A DNA stretch of 64,000 bases from an uncultured Gemmatimonadales bacterium (lineage in GTDB: Bacteria > Gemmatimonadota > Gemmatimonadetes > Gemmatimonadales > GWC2-71-9), in contig CAWGED010000008.1 in NCBI GenBank assembly GCA_963821525.1, positions 64,001 through 128,000 of the forward strand, read 5' to 3'. The notes below the pieces were generated by a model. It was not told the DNA's origin. It did no database searches and saw only the letters and a list, made by a program, of their open reading frames with translations. Each line of letters begins with the position of its first letter. Within the stretch, counting starts at the first letter, position 1. The translations under genes were made by a program, and so were the position numbers. Positions 29,001 through 37,884 of the stretch are shown here, piece by piece.

Positions 29001-31915
29001 TCGCCTCCGGAACCCATCGCACGGTGCTTGGCTCGGGCGCGATCGGAGTGGTGACCTTCGCATCCCCTGCCAGCAACAACAGCGGTAGCCATTTCCAGGA
29101 TCTAGACGTCTCATCGACCTCGAACCAGCTGACCCTCAACAGCGACGTGTTCGTGGCCGGTACGCTGATCGGACAGCCACCGGCCGGCGCAAATCTCCTC
29201 AGCGGTTCGGCGACCCGGACGCTGGATGTGGGCGGCATCGCGGTCCGCAGCATGACGTTGAACAACGTCCTGCTGGTCGTAAGCGGCGGGACACTCGCTC
29301 AGATCGACAACGTCACTTTCGCGGCGACCCCAGCCACGTCGATGGCGCTCACCATCAATCACCCCGGCCTGCCTGCAGCGTTCACGCTGAACAACGTGGT
29401 GTTCCAGACCACCCCCACCAGCGGGTTGTACCTGAGCGCCAACGACACGGACGGGCCGAGTCCGAACGCGCTGACCCTGAACATGGCCAATCCGAGTCCG
29501 GCTTCGCCGGGCGGGTTCGTGCAAGTCACCAACGGGGCCGTCGTGACCTGGCCGTCTACGCTGCCGGTCGTTGTGTGGACCGGTGCCGTCAGCAACGCAT
29601 GGGACACGGCGGGCAATTGGAATCCGGCTATTGTCCCGGCGACGACCGACAACGTGTTGATCCCCTCAGGCACTCCGAACGATCCGCAGACCAGCACCGG
29701 CCAGACGGTCAACGATCTCACGGTCCAGGCTGGCGCCGCGCTGACCCTGACCGGTCCCGTCACCGTGGCGGTTGACGGGAACCTCGACGTTCAGGGTGTG
29801 GTCTCGAATACGGCAGGCGGTCTCCTGCAGCTCAACGGCACGGGCAAGACGGTGCGCGGCAACATTCAGGGCGCTGCCATCTTCGGGGCCTACACCCAGA
29901 ACGGCCCGCTGGTGGTTGCCAGCGACTTCGTCATTCACGGCGAGCTGACGGTCAGCGGTCAGACCCTCAGCATCAGCAATAACCTGAACCTGCTCTCGGC
30001 CGGCCGCCTCTTTATGACCAATCCGGCCGATCAGGTCATTGTGAGTGGCGACGCCAACTTCAGAGGCGGGAGCACGGCCGGAACGCTGACCGATGGCAAT
30101 CTGTTCATCGCGGGCAACCTGGCACAGGACAACAGCGGAACCGGCCTGCCGGCGACCAGCTTCAGTCCTTCGGGGAATCACACAACCTGGTTGACCGGGG
30201 GTGGGGCGCAGCAGGTCGACATCTTCAACACCGGAACCGGGGCCGGGTTCTCCCACTTCGCGAACCTCAATCTGAGCACGGCCACTGGCAGCGTGACTCT
30301 GATCCGATTCAACACGGTATTCGTAGACGGAATCCTGACGTCGCATCCGGTTTCAACCCAGCCGGTACTCACTACGAGCAATGCGGCGAAGCTGCAGGTC
30401 GAGGGAGTGGATGTTGATGGCCTGGTCCTCGACAACCTGCCGCTTCTGATCTCAGGCGGCCCGCTGACCAAGTTCAATCGGATCACCCTGCAGAATTACT
30501 CGCCGTCGGCGGTGCAGCTGACGGTGAGTCACCCCGGTGCGGCGGCGCCCTTCACCTTCGATCAGCTCGTCTTCAGCACGACGCCGACCACAGGCGGCGC
30601 TTACCTGCAGGCGGACGACGTCGCTCCGACTGATGGAGTGGTGCTGACTCTTGATCTGACCAACCCGAATCCCTCGACGCCGGGGGGCTTCGTCGTGACC
30701 GCCGGAGGGGCAGTAATCAACTGGCCCGCCGCCGGGGGAGGCGCATTGACCTGGGCCGGAACGGTTTCGAGCGACTGGAACAACGCAGGCAACTGGAGTC
30801 TCGCACGAGTGCCTGGCACTACAGACGATGTGGTTATCCCGGCGGCGACTCCCAACGCGCCCCAGCTCACCAGCGTCGTCTCTGCTCGCGATCTGACCGT
30901 ACTGGCCTCCCAGTCGCTGGACCTCGCGGGGTTCAACCTGCAGGTCCTGGGCAGCATCAGCATCCCGGGCCAGATCATCAGCACGGGCGGCGATGTCCTG
31001 CTCAATGGAGTGGGGAAGACCGCAAGCGGCACCATCAACACGGGCGTCGTCGTGTCCGGCAGCTACACGCTAAACGGTACTCTCGGCGTGGCTGGCGTGA
31101 GCCTGAGCTTGTCGGGGAGCACGGCCAGTCTCAATCTCGGCGGCTTCAACGCGACAGTGAGCGGCGACTTCCAGACGACCGGCGGAGCGTTGCTCATCAT
31201 GCAGAACCCAGCCGATGTTCTGATCGTCACGGGGAACGCGATCTTCGACGGCGGGGACGAGACCGGCCTGCTCACGGGTGGAAACGTCCGGGTCCAGGGT
31301 GATTTCATTCAGCAGGCAACCGTCTCGGCTACCAGTTACGCGGCCAGCGGAACGCACACGACCACTTTCAATCGGAACGGGTCGAATGTCAGCTTCGCGA
31401 CCTTCGCCTCGCACTTCCAGGACCTCGAATTGCTCGGCGCCATCACCACTTCGCTCGGCTCCGATATTGGAGTCGCCGGGAAGTTCACAGCATCCCAGAC
31501 TGCGACGACCCTGAAAGGCAACGGCTTCAAAGTCGTCGTCACGGCTGTCGCCGTTCAGGCATTGACGGTGGACAACGCGACGATCGTAGTGGATGAGAAC
31601 GGTACCGGTCAGGCACAGCAATTCGACAACGTTACCTTCCAGAACTACCCCACCACCGGCGTATCGATGCTGCAGTTCATCGGGCCGGGTGGAGCCGCGG
31701 CTCCGCGCAACCTGACCTTCAACAATGTGAGCTTCCAGTCGCTTCCGGTCGGCGCTGGCAATCTCTATGTGACTCTGGTATCCAGTAACGGATTCGGGCT
31801 GAACCTGACCATGCAGGGCTCCAACCAGGGCCGGCAGGGGGGTGGAAACGGCCTGACGCTGAGCAGCCCACCGAACGAGACCACCGTAGGCGGTGCCACG
31901 ATTTTCTGGCCGTAG
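26036..31915 (+). CDS. Large surface (lipo)protein: Ig-like domains, 7-blade RCC1 propeller and three ~385-aa beta-rich repeats
   Basis: Hydrophobic N-terminus LAGILGLVLAGITC; invasin-like GVTVTFAVTSGGG units; seven CWGxNxxGQLGDGT-type blades (about 27085-28090); modules starting W(T/A)G...NW at about 28423, 29575 and 30751. Start codon uncertain. Confidence 0.85.
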   Translation: MIPSKDALRWRWNCYLPGPALRLAGILGLVLAGITCNENVTAPNRPGPGILRAVGVLPANTAAAGLVFDNVHLVVVRPSRPSPAVLDKTYNFPADSSQLNISEQLLLQATSEDFDVTLEYRSGNVVLFSGTSRVTVHQGPPGSDPPAVINVTLQVGTNVAAITVAPKTSSVPFGGIVTLSATAQDAQGAPVTQFYVGWSSSDPQQPVDAAGVFTAGNQRDTVTITAKALTATGSVTDQATIVVIPAPAAVMVTNGNGQSAPAGIRLPRPLEVEVRGSDNLPIPGVTVTFAVTSGGGTLDSTTTTTDAQGRARTGATLGASVSQQTFTATVAGITPATFTETATGIVPVPVLLSVGGDHSCEIRGGGSAFCWGSNGSGELGDGTTIDRAVATPVVTGQSFTSLALGDSHSCALTGSGQAFCWGDNSSGALGDGTTTNRSAPTAVAGGRTFIVLTAGDRFTCGLTAAGQAFCWGRNNLGQLGDGTVTQRSAPTAVSGGLIFSAIGAGGSHACALTAAGAAHCWGLNLNGQLGDGTTTDRQVPTAVLGGITFGAVAPADRSTCALDSSGAGYCWGFNFGASITTPQPTNDGRTYVSADMGGDHVCALLASGAAFCGGRNANGQLGDGTTTDQPISVAVLGGNTYTAIAGGTAHTCGLTATGPLCWGANNAGQLGDGTTAQRLTPAPVLGPPASVTVSGGDNQTAGPDSPVAIPPSVLVLDGQSNPLPGVQVDFTVTSGGGGVSGGSTFTDAAGIATAGSWFMGPGQGPNTLLATVGASGVTGNPITFHATASTGAPATTWTGVTSTNWSTATNWTPAQVPTTAEDVVIPAGTPNSPQLTASGSAKSLTVNSGATLDLNGINFQAAGNVFADGSIIGTSAVAIATAAQIRGNLPSLILSGPVVAAGVISASGSLTVTGPVGNFDVNGQTVLIAGNLTIQASALLTMTNPADLVQVTGNGAFGGGDEAGLLTAGVLQVLGDFSQTSGSDPTSFLASGTHRTVLGSGAIGVVTFASPASNNSGSHFQDLDVSSTSNQLTLNSDVFVAGTLIGQPPAGANLLSGSATRTLDVGGIAVRSMTLNNVLLVVSGGTLAQIDNVTFAATPATSMALTINHPGLPAAFTLNNVVFQTTPTSGLYLSANDTDGPSPNALTLNMANPSPASPGGFVQVTNGAVVTWPSTLPVVVWTGAVSNAWDTAGNWNPAIVPATTDNVLIPSGTPNDPQTSTGQTVNDLTVQAGAALTLTGPVTVAVDGNLDVQGVVSNTAGGLLQLNGTGKTVRGNIQGAAIFGAYTQNGPLVVASDFVIHGELTVSGQTLSISNNLNLLSAGRLFMTNPADQVIVSGDANFRGGSTAGTLTDGNLFIAGNLAQDNSGTGLPATSFSPSGNHTTWLTGGGAQQVDIFNTGTGAGFSHFANLNLSTATGSVTLIRFNTVFVDGILTSHPVSTQPVLTTSNAAKLQVEGVDVDGLVLDNLPLLISGGPLTKFNRITLQNYSPSAVQLTVSHPGAAAPFTFDQLVFSTTPTTGGAYLQADDVAPTDGVVLTLDLTNPNPSTPGGFVVTAGGAVINWPAAGGGALTWAGTVSSDWNNAGNWSLARVPGTTDDVVIPAATPNAPQLTSVVSARDLTVLASQSLDLAGFNLQVLGSISIPGQIISTGGDVLLNGVGKTASGTINTGVVVSGSYTLNGTLGVAGVSLSLSGSTASLNLGGFNATVSGDFQTTGGALLIMQNPADVLIVTGNAIFDGGDETGLLTGGNVRVQGDFIQQATVSATSYAASGTHTTTFNRNGSNVSFATFASHFQDLELLGAITTSLGSDIGVAGKFTASQTATTLKGNGFKVVVTAVAVQALTVDNATIVVDENGTGQAQQFDNVTFQNYPTTGVSMLQFIGPGGAAAPRNLTFNNVSFQSLPVGAGNLYVTLVSSNGFGLNLTMQGSNQGRQGGGNGLTLSSPPNETTVGGATIFWP

Positions 31916-32028
31916 CACCCGTGAAACATTGAGGCATCTCCGCACGGCTTGACACAGAGGGCCCGCCTACCCCAATTCCATCAGCTTTCTTCTCCCCAAC
32001 AATCGGAATTCAGCGGCATGAACGACCA

Positions 32029-34755
32029 GTGAAGGCCGATGCGCTTCATCGCGCGTTGATCGAGCACGCGCCGAGTCTGTTTGCTCTCCTCGATACCGAG
32101 CTGGTAGTCCGCTACGTCAACCCGGCGCTCAGCCGGCTGCTGGGATACGAACCCAGTCACGTGGCCGGCAAGGGCATCGATCGCCTGCTTCATCCCGAAG
32201 ACAAGGCCACCTTCCACGATCGGATATCGCTGGCGCTGGCAGAGGCCAAACCGGCGGGGATTTGCCGCCTGCGGGTAAAAGACAGGCAGGGAGCCTGGCT
32301 CGAGATGGAGGGTGCCATCGTCACGTTGAAGGGCGGCCCGGCAACCGGTTCATTGCTTCTCGAGTTGCACGATGCCTCAGAGCGACGGCGGATTCAACGC
32401 GAGCTGCAGGAGAGCGAAGCACGCTTCCGCCTCATGGCGGACCATGCCCCGGTCATGATCTGGCTCGACGGGCCAGATATGAATCTGATGTTTGAGAACC
32501 GGACCTCGCTGGACTTCCTGGGAAGAACTCTGGAGGAAGAGAAGGGGCTGGGCTGGCTCGATAGCCTGCATCCGGATGACCGGGCGAGCATGCTCGCGGG
32601 CTATCGATCTGCCGCGGAGGCTCATCAGCCTTATTCGGTCGAGTACCGGGTGAGACGGCATGACGGCGCGTGGCGCCGGGTCCTCGACAAGGGTGTGCCC
32701 CGCTGGCTGGAAGACGGCAGCTTCGCCGGCTATGTCGGCTGTCACATCGACGTGACGGAAATTCGGGAGACGACAGAACAGCTGCGCGCTTCGGAGGAGC
32801 TCTACCGCGCGTTGGTCGCCGCGCTTCAAGAAGGCATCGTGATGCACCAGGCCGATGGCACCATTGTGGCCTGTAATGCTAGCGCCGAGCGGATTCTGGG
32901 GGTGGCACCGGGTGAGCTGATCGGCCGGCGCTCCCTCAGCCCGAAAGGGGACGCGCTGGATCAAGACGGCAAGGTAATCCCGGAGGAAGAACAGCCCGCC
33001 GCCGTTGCGCTCCGCACCGGGCGGACGTTGTCCGACGTGGTGATGGCGGTGTACAAGAGCGAGCACGAGATCTGCTGGGTCAGTATCGGCAGCCAGCCTC
33101 TCATCAACCTGGGAGAGGACCGGCCCTACGCCGCGGTGACCTCTTTCACTGACATCACCGACCGGCTCGCAGCCGAATGCGAGCTGCGACAGAGTGAGGA
33201 GCGATACCGGGCGTTCGTGGAACATGCCACTGAAGGAGTCTGGCGCGCGGAATACACCGAACCGATTCCCCTGGGCCTCCCTGTGGAGACGACTGTGCGC
33301 CTGCTGATGGAGCGGGCGTATGTAGCGGAGTGCAATGGCGCGTTCGCGCGCATGTACGGATACGAGCGGCCCGATGAGATGATCGGCATCCGGGTGACGG
33401 AAGTGCTGCCCCCCGATGATCCTCGCACCATCGAATATCTGACCGCATGCGTTGAGAGCGGATTTCGGGCGATGGAAATGGAGTCGGCCGAGAGAGACCG
33501 CGAGGGCCGCACCAGATATTTCACGAACAACTGGGTCGGCATCATTGAGGATGGAAAGCTGGTGCGGGCCTGGGGCACTCAGCGGGATATCACCGACCGC
33601 AAGGTGCTCGAGGAGCAGTTTCGCCAGGCACGCAAAATGGAAACTGCCGGCCGTCTCGCCGGCGGGATCGCCCATGACTTCAACAACCTGCTGACCGCAA
33701 TCCTCGGCATGAGCGATCTGCTCCTGGGCGACCTGGCGCAGGGAGACCCACACCGGTCAGATGTCGAGGAGATCAAGCGCGCAGCGACCCGCGCAGCCTC
33801 GCTCACTCGACAACTTCTCGCCTTCAGCCGGCGGCAGGTGCTGCAGCCCAAGATCCTCGACCTCAACGGGGTGGTCCGCGCAACCGAGACCATGTTGCGC
33901 CGGGTTATCGGCGAGGACATCAACCTGATCACCGATCTGGCCAAGGACCTTGGCTTGGTCAAGGCCGACCCCGGCCAGCTGGATCAGGTAATCCTTAACC
34001 TCGCGGTCAATTCACGGGACGCCATGCCGCGGGGCGGAAATCTTGCCATTGCGACCCGGAATGCGCGGATCGAGGCCAGCACGGTCGGAGTGGAGTCAAT
34101 CATGCCACCCGGCCGGTACATCGTTCTCTCGGTGAGCGATACCGGCACCGGGATGTCACCCGAGATCCAGCGCCACCTGTTCGAGCCGTTCTATACCACG
34201 AAAGAGCCGGGCAAGGGCACCGGCCTGGGCCTGGCGACGGTCTATGGCATCGTGAAGCAAAGCGGCGGTTACATCTTCGCGGACACCGAACCAGACCGCG
34301 GGAGCACATTCCGGATTTACCTGCCCCGCGCGCAGGGAAAGCCGGAAGAACCGGATACCCTCCAGACTCACGTTTCGGACCGGGTCGCCGCGGGAACTAT
34401 TCTGCTGGTGGAAGACGAAGAGGCCGTGCGCAAGCTGGCCCGGCGCGTACTCGAGGGTAGCGGTTACAAGGTCCTGGAAGCGCGAGACGGGAAAGCGGCG
34501 TTGAACGCGGTTGCCGCGCACCCGGGACCCCTCGACCTGGTGCTCACCGACGTGGTGATGCCGGGGATGAGCGGTCAGGAGCTTTCAGCGCGTCTGGTAG
34601 CCCAGCAGCCGGGACTCAACGTGCTTTACGTCTCCGGCTATACCGATGACGCCATTCTCCAGCACGGCAGGCTGCTTCCCAATACCGCGTTTCTCCAGAA
34701 GCCGTTTTCCCCTGCCACGCTGGTCAGCAAGGTACAGGAGGTCCTGGGCCGCTGA
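32029..34755 (+). CDS. Cytoplasmic hybrid histidine kinase (4 PAS-HisKA-HATPase-REC; CckA-like)
   Basis: PAS/PAC repeats; AGGIAHDFNNLL; NLAVNSRDAM; GKGTGLGL; receiver ILLVEDE...LTDVVMP...FLQKPF. Confidence 0.95.
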   Translation: MKADALHRALIEHAPSLFALLDTELVVRYVNPALSRLLGYEPSHVAGKGIDRLLHPEDKATFHDRISLALAEAKPAGICRLRVKDRQGAWLEMEGAIVTLKGGPATGSLLLELHDASERRRIQRELQESEARFRLMADHAPVMIWLDGPDMNLMFENRTSLDFLGRTLEEEKGLGWLDSLHPDDRASMLAGYRSAAEAHQPYSVEYRVRRHDGAWRRVLDKGVPRWLEDGSFAGYVGCHIDVTEIRETTEQLRASEELYRALVAALQEGIVMHQADGTIVACNASAERILGVAPGELIGRRSLSPKGDALDQDGKVIPEEEQPAAVALRTGRTLSDVVMAVYKSEHEICWVSIGSQPLINLGEDRPYAAVTSFTDITDRLAAECELRQSEERYRAFVEHATEGVWRAEYTEPIPLGLPVETTVRLLMERAYVAECNGAFARMYGYERPDEMIGIRVTEVLPPDDPRTIEYLTACVESGFRAMEMESAERDREGRTRYFTNNWVGIIEDGKLVRAWGTQRDITDRKVLEEQFRQARKMETAGRLAGGIAHDFNNLLTAILGMSDLLLGDLAQGDPHRSDVEEIKRAATRAASLTRQLLAFSRRQVLQPKILDLNGVVRATETMLRRVIGEDINLITDLAKDLGLVKADPGQLDQVILNLAVNSRDAMPRGGNLAIATRNARIEASTVGVESIMPPGRYIVLSVSDTGTGMSPEIQRHLFEPFYTTKEPGKGTGLGLATVYGIVKQSGGYIFADTEPDRGSTFRIYLPRAQGKPEEPDTLQTHVSDRVAAGTILLVEDEEAVRKLARRVLEGSGYKVLEARDGKAALNAVAAHPGPLDLVLTDVVMPGMSGQELSARLVAQQPGLNVLYVSGYTDDAILQHGRLLPNTAFLQKPFSPATLVSKVQEVLGR

Positions 34756-35253
34756 TCCTGGGCGACGGAACCAGACTCGCTGAGTCTCTCCGTCGTCCTC
34801 GTCGTCGTTCGATCCGAAGTATCCGTCCGCCTCGTCCACCAGCTCATCGTCGGTAAGTACCCCGGTCAGGATTTCCTCGGGATACCCGGGGTCAACCAGC
34901 ACGTATCCAAACGGATAGTCGAGCCCCGAAACCATGATGGTACGGCGAGGGGCGCCCTCGGCTTCCACCACGATGGTGTCGGCATTGGTCGTGACAACGG
35001 GAATGCCCTGATCCTGGAACCAGGGAGCAGCGGCAGAAGTGTAGTAACGGAAATCGTCCAGCATATCGGCCCCGTCGGCCGACCCCAGGGTGTCCGACGC
35101 CGGGAGCCAGAAGACCACGAGAGTCGCCTTTCGAACCACGACGGGAGAGCGATGCTCGCTCCCGAGCCCGCGGAGACCTACGCCCTCACGGTGCTCGCCC
35201 CTCCCGCAGGCAGCCAGAATCAGGGCCAGCAAGCCGTTCCAGTGCAATCGCAT
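34585..35253 (-). CDS. Hypothetical lipoprotein (3' end uncertain)
   Basis: Lipobox LALILAAC; acidic globular body. The last ~55 codons overlap the kinase antisense, so the true stop may be earlier. Confidence 0.65.
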   Translation of the reverse strand: MRLHWNGLLALILAACGRGEHREGVGLRGLGSEHRSPVVVRKATLVVFWLPASDTLGSADGADMLDDFRYYTSAAAPWFQDQGIPVVTTNADTIVVEAEGAPRRTIMVSGLDYPFGYVLVDPGYPEEILTGVLTDDELVDEADGYFGSNDDEDDGETQRVWFRRPGSAAQDLLYLADQRGRGKRLLEKRGIGKQPAVLENGVIGIAGDVKHVESRLLGYQTR

Positions 35254-35313
35254 GCGCCAATAATGGACCCACCCGGGTTTCCGGGGGAGGTGCGCCTTGT
35301 GCCGAACCGGATC

Positions 35314-35358
35314 TTGACTGATACGACCGTATGAATTAGATCATACGCCCGTATGAAT
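35314..35358 (+). promoter_or_regulatory. Promoter with two palindromic TetR operators
   Basis: TTGACT-N17-TAGATC overlapped by ATACGacCGTAT (35321-35332) and TCATACGccCGTATGA (35341-35356, covering the ATG). The two sites match 15/16 as ATACGnCCGTATGAAT. Confidence 0.8.
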
Positions 35359-35967
35359 AGCGACTCGACTCCGAAACGCCTCCTCACCGCCGCCCGCCGG
35401 GTCTTTGCCGAGCGGGGGTACGAGGGCGGCTCGGTCCGGCTGATTACCGCGCGGGCCAAGGCCAACCTTGGCGCCGTCACCTACCACTTCGGTTCAAAGG
35501 AACGGCTGTACTACGCCGTCCTGAGCGAGTTCACGGTCCCCCTCGGACAAACAGTTGTCGAGCGAGCGTCCGCTCCCGAACCGGCGACGAAACGAATCGG
35601 GGCGGTGATTGAAGCGTATTACGACCAGTTCGCCCGGTTCCCCGACTTCCCTGCGCTGGTGATTCACGAGCTTGCCTTGGGGCGGAAGCTACCTCCACCG
35701 ATCAAGGACACCCTCGACCGGGTTCAACCGGCGCTTTTCAAGCTGATTCAGGATGGACAGGCCGAAGGCAGCGTTCGCGCCGGGCCGCCGGTCCCAATCA
35801 TCATGAGCATACTTTCACAGCCGTTTTACTTCGCCATGGTCCGCCGTCTGGTAGGCCAGGTCGTAGGGCCCGAATTCGAGCAGCCAGAGTTTCGGGCCAT
35901 GCTGATTCAGCACGCCATCGAGTTCGTGCGGCGGGGACTGGCACCCGAAGCGATGGAGGTAGCATGA
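35353..35967 (+). CDS. TetR/AcrR family regulator (CecR-like)
   Basis: LLTAARRVFAERGYEGGSVRLITARAKANLGAVTYHFGSKERLY. Confidence 0.95.
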   Translation: MNSDSTPKRLLTAARRVFAERGYEGGSVRLITARAKANLGAVTYHFGSKERLYYAVLSEFTVPLGQTVVERASAPEPATKRIGAVIEAYYDQFARFPDFPALVIHELALGRKLPPPIKDTLDRVQPALFKLIQDGQAEGSVRAGPPVPIIMSILSQPFYFAMVRRLVGQVVGPEFEQPEFRAMLIQHAIEFVRRGLAPEAMEVA

Positions 35968-36944
35968 AGCGCAAGGTCATCCCTGCAGTGATTCTTGTGA
36001 TCGTGGCGACCGCCGCGTATTGGTACTACTCGCGGGCGCATCACCAGGCCGAGGGAGGTATCGAAGCTTCCGGAACTGTGGAAGCAACCGAGGCGGTTCT
36101 CGGGTTTGCAACTGGAGGTCGCATCACCGAAGTGCTGGTCCGGGAGGGCGATCGCGTCACTGCCGGCCAGGTACTCGCGCGTCTCGACACCCTCGTAACC
36201 ACGGCGCACCTCCTCCAGGCCCGGGCCCAGGTCGATGCCGCGAAGGCCTCGCTGCTGGAAATGGAGCGAGGAACCCGGATCGAAGAGCTCGAGCAAGCCC
36301 GCGCGGAGCTGGAGAGTGCCGAACACACTCTCACCGATGCCGAGACGGAGCTGCAACGGACCAAGGGGCTGGCCGCGAGCAAAGTGGTGTCCCAACAGCA
36401 GCTGGACCGGGCGCAGGTGACCTACGACGTGTCCAAGGCCCGCCGGGATCAGGCGAGTGCTCAGCTCCGGATGCTGGAGGCAGGCCCCCGCGTCGAAAAG
36501 ATTGCGGGGCAGAGAGCGCAGGTCGCGATGGCCGAGGCCCAGGTGAAGTCTCTCGAGGCAACGCTAAGCGACGAGATTATCAAGGCACCATTCGACGCGA
36601 TCGTCACTACGAGGCACCATGAGCCTGGAGAGGCTGTGTCGGCCAACGCACCGGTCCTCTCGCTCATGAATCCGGGGGATCGCTGGGTCCGCATCTACAT
36701 CCCTGAGCCCAAGATCGGCGCCGTGCGGTTGAGTTCTCCCGCCACGATCCGGACCGATACCTATCCGGACAAGCGTTACAAGGGTGAGATCTACTGGGTG
36801 GCAGACGAGGCCGAGTTCACTCCGCGGAATGTTCAGACCACCGAGGAGCGGGTGAAGCTGGTCTATGCTGCGAAGGTTCGGGTCCTGGCCGACTCGGCGC
36901 TCGAGCTCAAGCCGGGTATGCCTGCCGACGTCTACCTGCAATAA
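35964..36944 (+). CDS. HlyD-family membrane fusion protein (YbhG-like)
   Basis: N-terminal TM; ASGTVEA; VREGDRV; coiled coil; EAEFTPRNVQT; LKPGMPADV. Confidence 0.93.
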   Translation: MKRKVIPAVILVIVATAAYWYYSRAHHQAEGGIEASGTVEATEAVLGFATGGRITEVLVREGDRVTAGQVLARLDTLVTTAHLLQARAQVDAAKASLLEMERGTRIEELEQARAELESAEHTLTDAETELQRTKGLAASKVVSQQQLDRAQVTYDVSKARRDQASAQLRMLEAGPRVEKIAGQRAQVAMAEAQVKSLEATLSDEIIKAPFDAIVTTRHHEPGEAVSANAPVLSLMNPGDRWVRIYIPEPKIGAVRLSSPATIRTDTYPDKRYKGEIYWVADEAEFTPRNVQTTEERVKLVYAAKVRVLADSALELKPGMPADVYLQ

Positions 36945-36960
36945 CGCGAAGGAGTCTCCG

Positions 36961-37884
36961 GTGGGCACGCTGGTTGAGGCCATCGGCCTGAGCCGTCGCT
37001 TCGGCGCCACCGAAGCGGTGCGGGAATTGAGCTTTTCGGTCGAGGCCGGCGCCCTGTTCGGGATCGTGGGGCCCGACGGTGCGGGCAAGACTACGACGCT
37101 GCGTATGCTGGCCGGGGTCCTTCGGCCCAGCGGAGGCGACGCGGTGGTGGACGGCGTGAGTGTGGTGAAGGATCCGGAAGAGATCAAGCACCATACCGCC
37201 TACATGCCGCAGCGCTTCGGTCTCTACACTGATCTCACGATCCAGGAAAACATCGCATTCTACGCGGATCTCTATCGAGTTCCGCAAGCTGACCGTCCCG
37301 CTCGACTCGAGCGGCTCTATCAGTTCTCCCGCCTGGGTCAGTTCAAGACCCGACTGGCTGGCCAGCTGTCGGGTGGCATGAAACAAAAGCTTGGCCTCTG
37401 CTGCGCGCTGATCCATCAGCCACGGCTGCTGCTTCTCGACGAGCCCACCTTCGGAGTCGACCCCATATCCCGGCGCGATCTCTGGTTGATTCTCCACCAG
37501 ATGGTCGCGGAAGGCGTCACCGCGATTGTCTCCACTGCATACCTGGACGAGGCGGAGCGCTGTGATCAGGTGGTACTGCTCGACGGCGGGAGAGCGATAG
37601 CGCTCGACACGCCTGAGGCGCTTCAGGCCAGCCTGCCGGGGCAGATGCTGGAGGTGCGTTGTCAAAATCCTCGGGAGGCAGCCCGTGTCCTCGCGGGCCA
37701 GCCGATGGTGGCCAGGGTCTCCGCCTTTGGCGACACATTGCACGTCCGAGTCAACTCCTACGAGCGCGACTGGCCACTCCTGGCCGATGCGCTTGCCTCC
37801 GCCGGCGAGCCGGTGCTCGCGGTTCGGCAGATCACGCCCTCGCTCGAAGACGTCTTCATCGAGCGAACCACAGGGACCAGCTGA
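36961..37884 (+). CDS. ABC transporter ATP-binding protein (YbhF N-half-like)
   Basis: GPDGAGKTT, LSGGMKQKL, LLLDEPTFGVDP; GTG 36961. Confidence 0.95.
   Translation: MGTLVEAIGLSRRFGATEAVRELSFSVEAGALFGIVGPDGAGKTTTLRMLAGVLRPSGGDAVVDGVSVVKDPEEIKHHTAYMPQRFGLYTDLTIQENIAFYADLYRVPQADRPARLERLYQFSRLGQFKTRLAGQLSGGMKQKLGLCCALIHQPRLLLLDEPTFGVDPISRRDLWLILHQMVAEGVTAIVSTAYLDEAERCDQVVLLDGGRAIALDTPEALQASLPGQMLEVRCQNPREAARVLAGQPMVARVSAFGDTLHVRVNSYERDWPLLADALASAGEPVLAVRQITPSLEDVFIERTTGTS

Noticed and set aside
34585..34755. 171-bp convergent overlap as a functional dual-coding region
   Set aside because: The overlapping tail follows an acidic low-complexity end and could arise from an indel or a lost stop; it cannot be supported without homologs.
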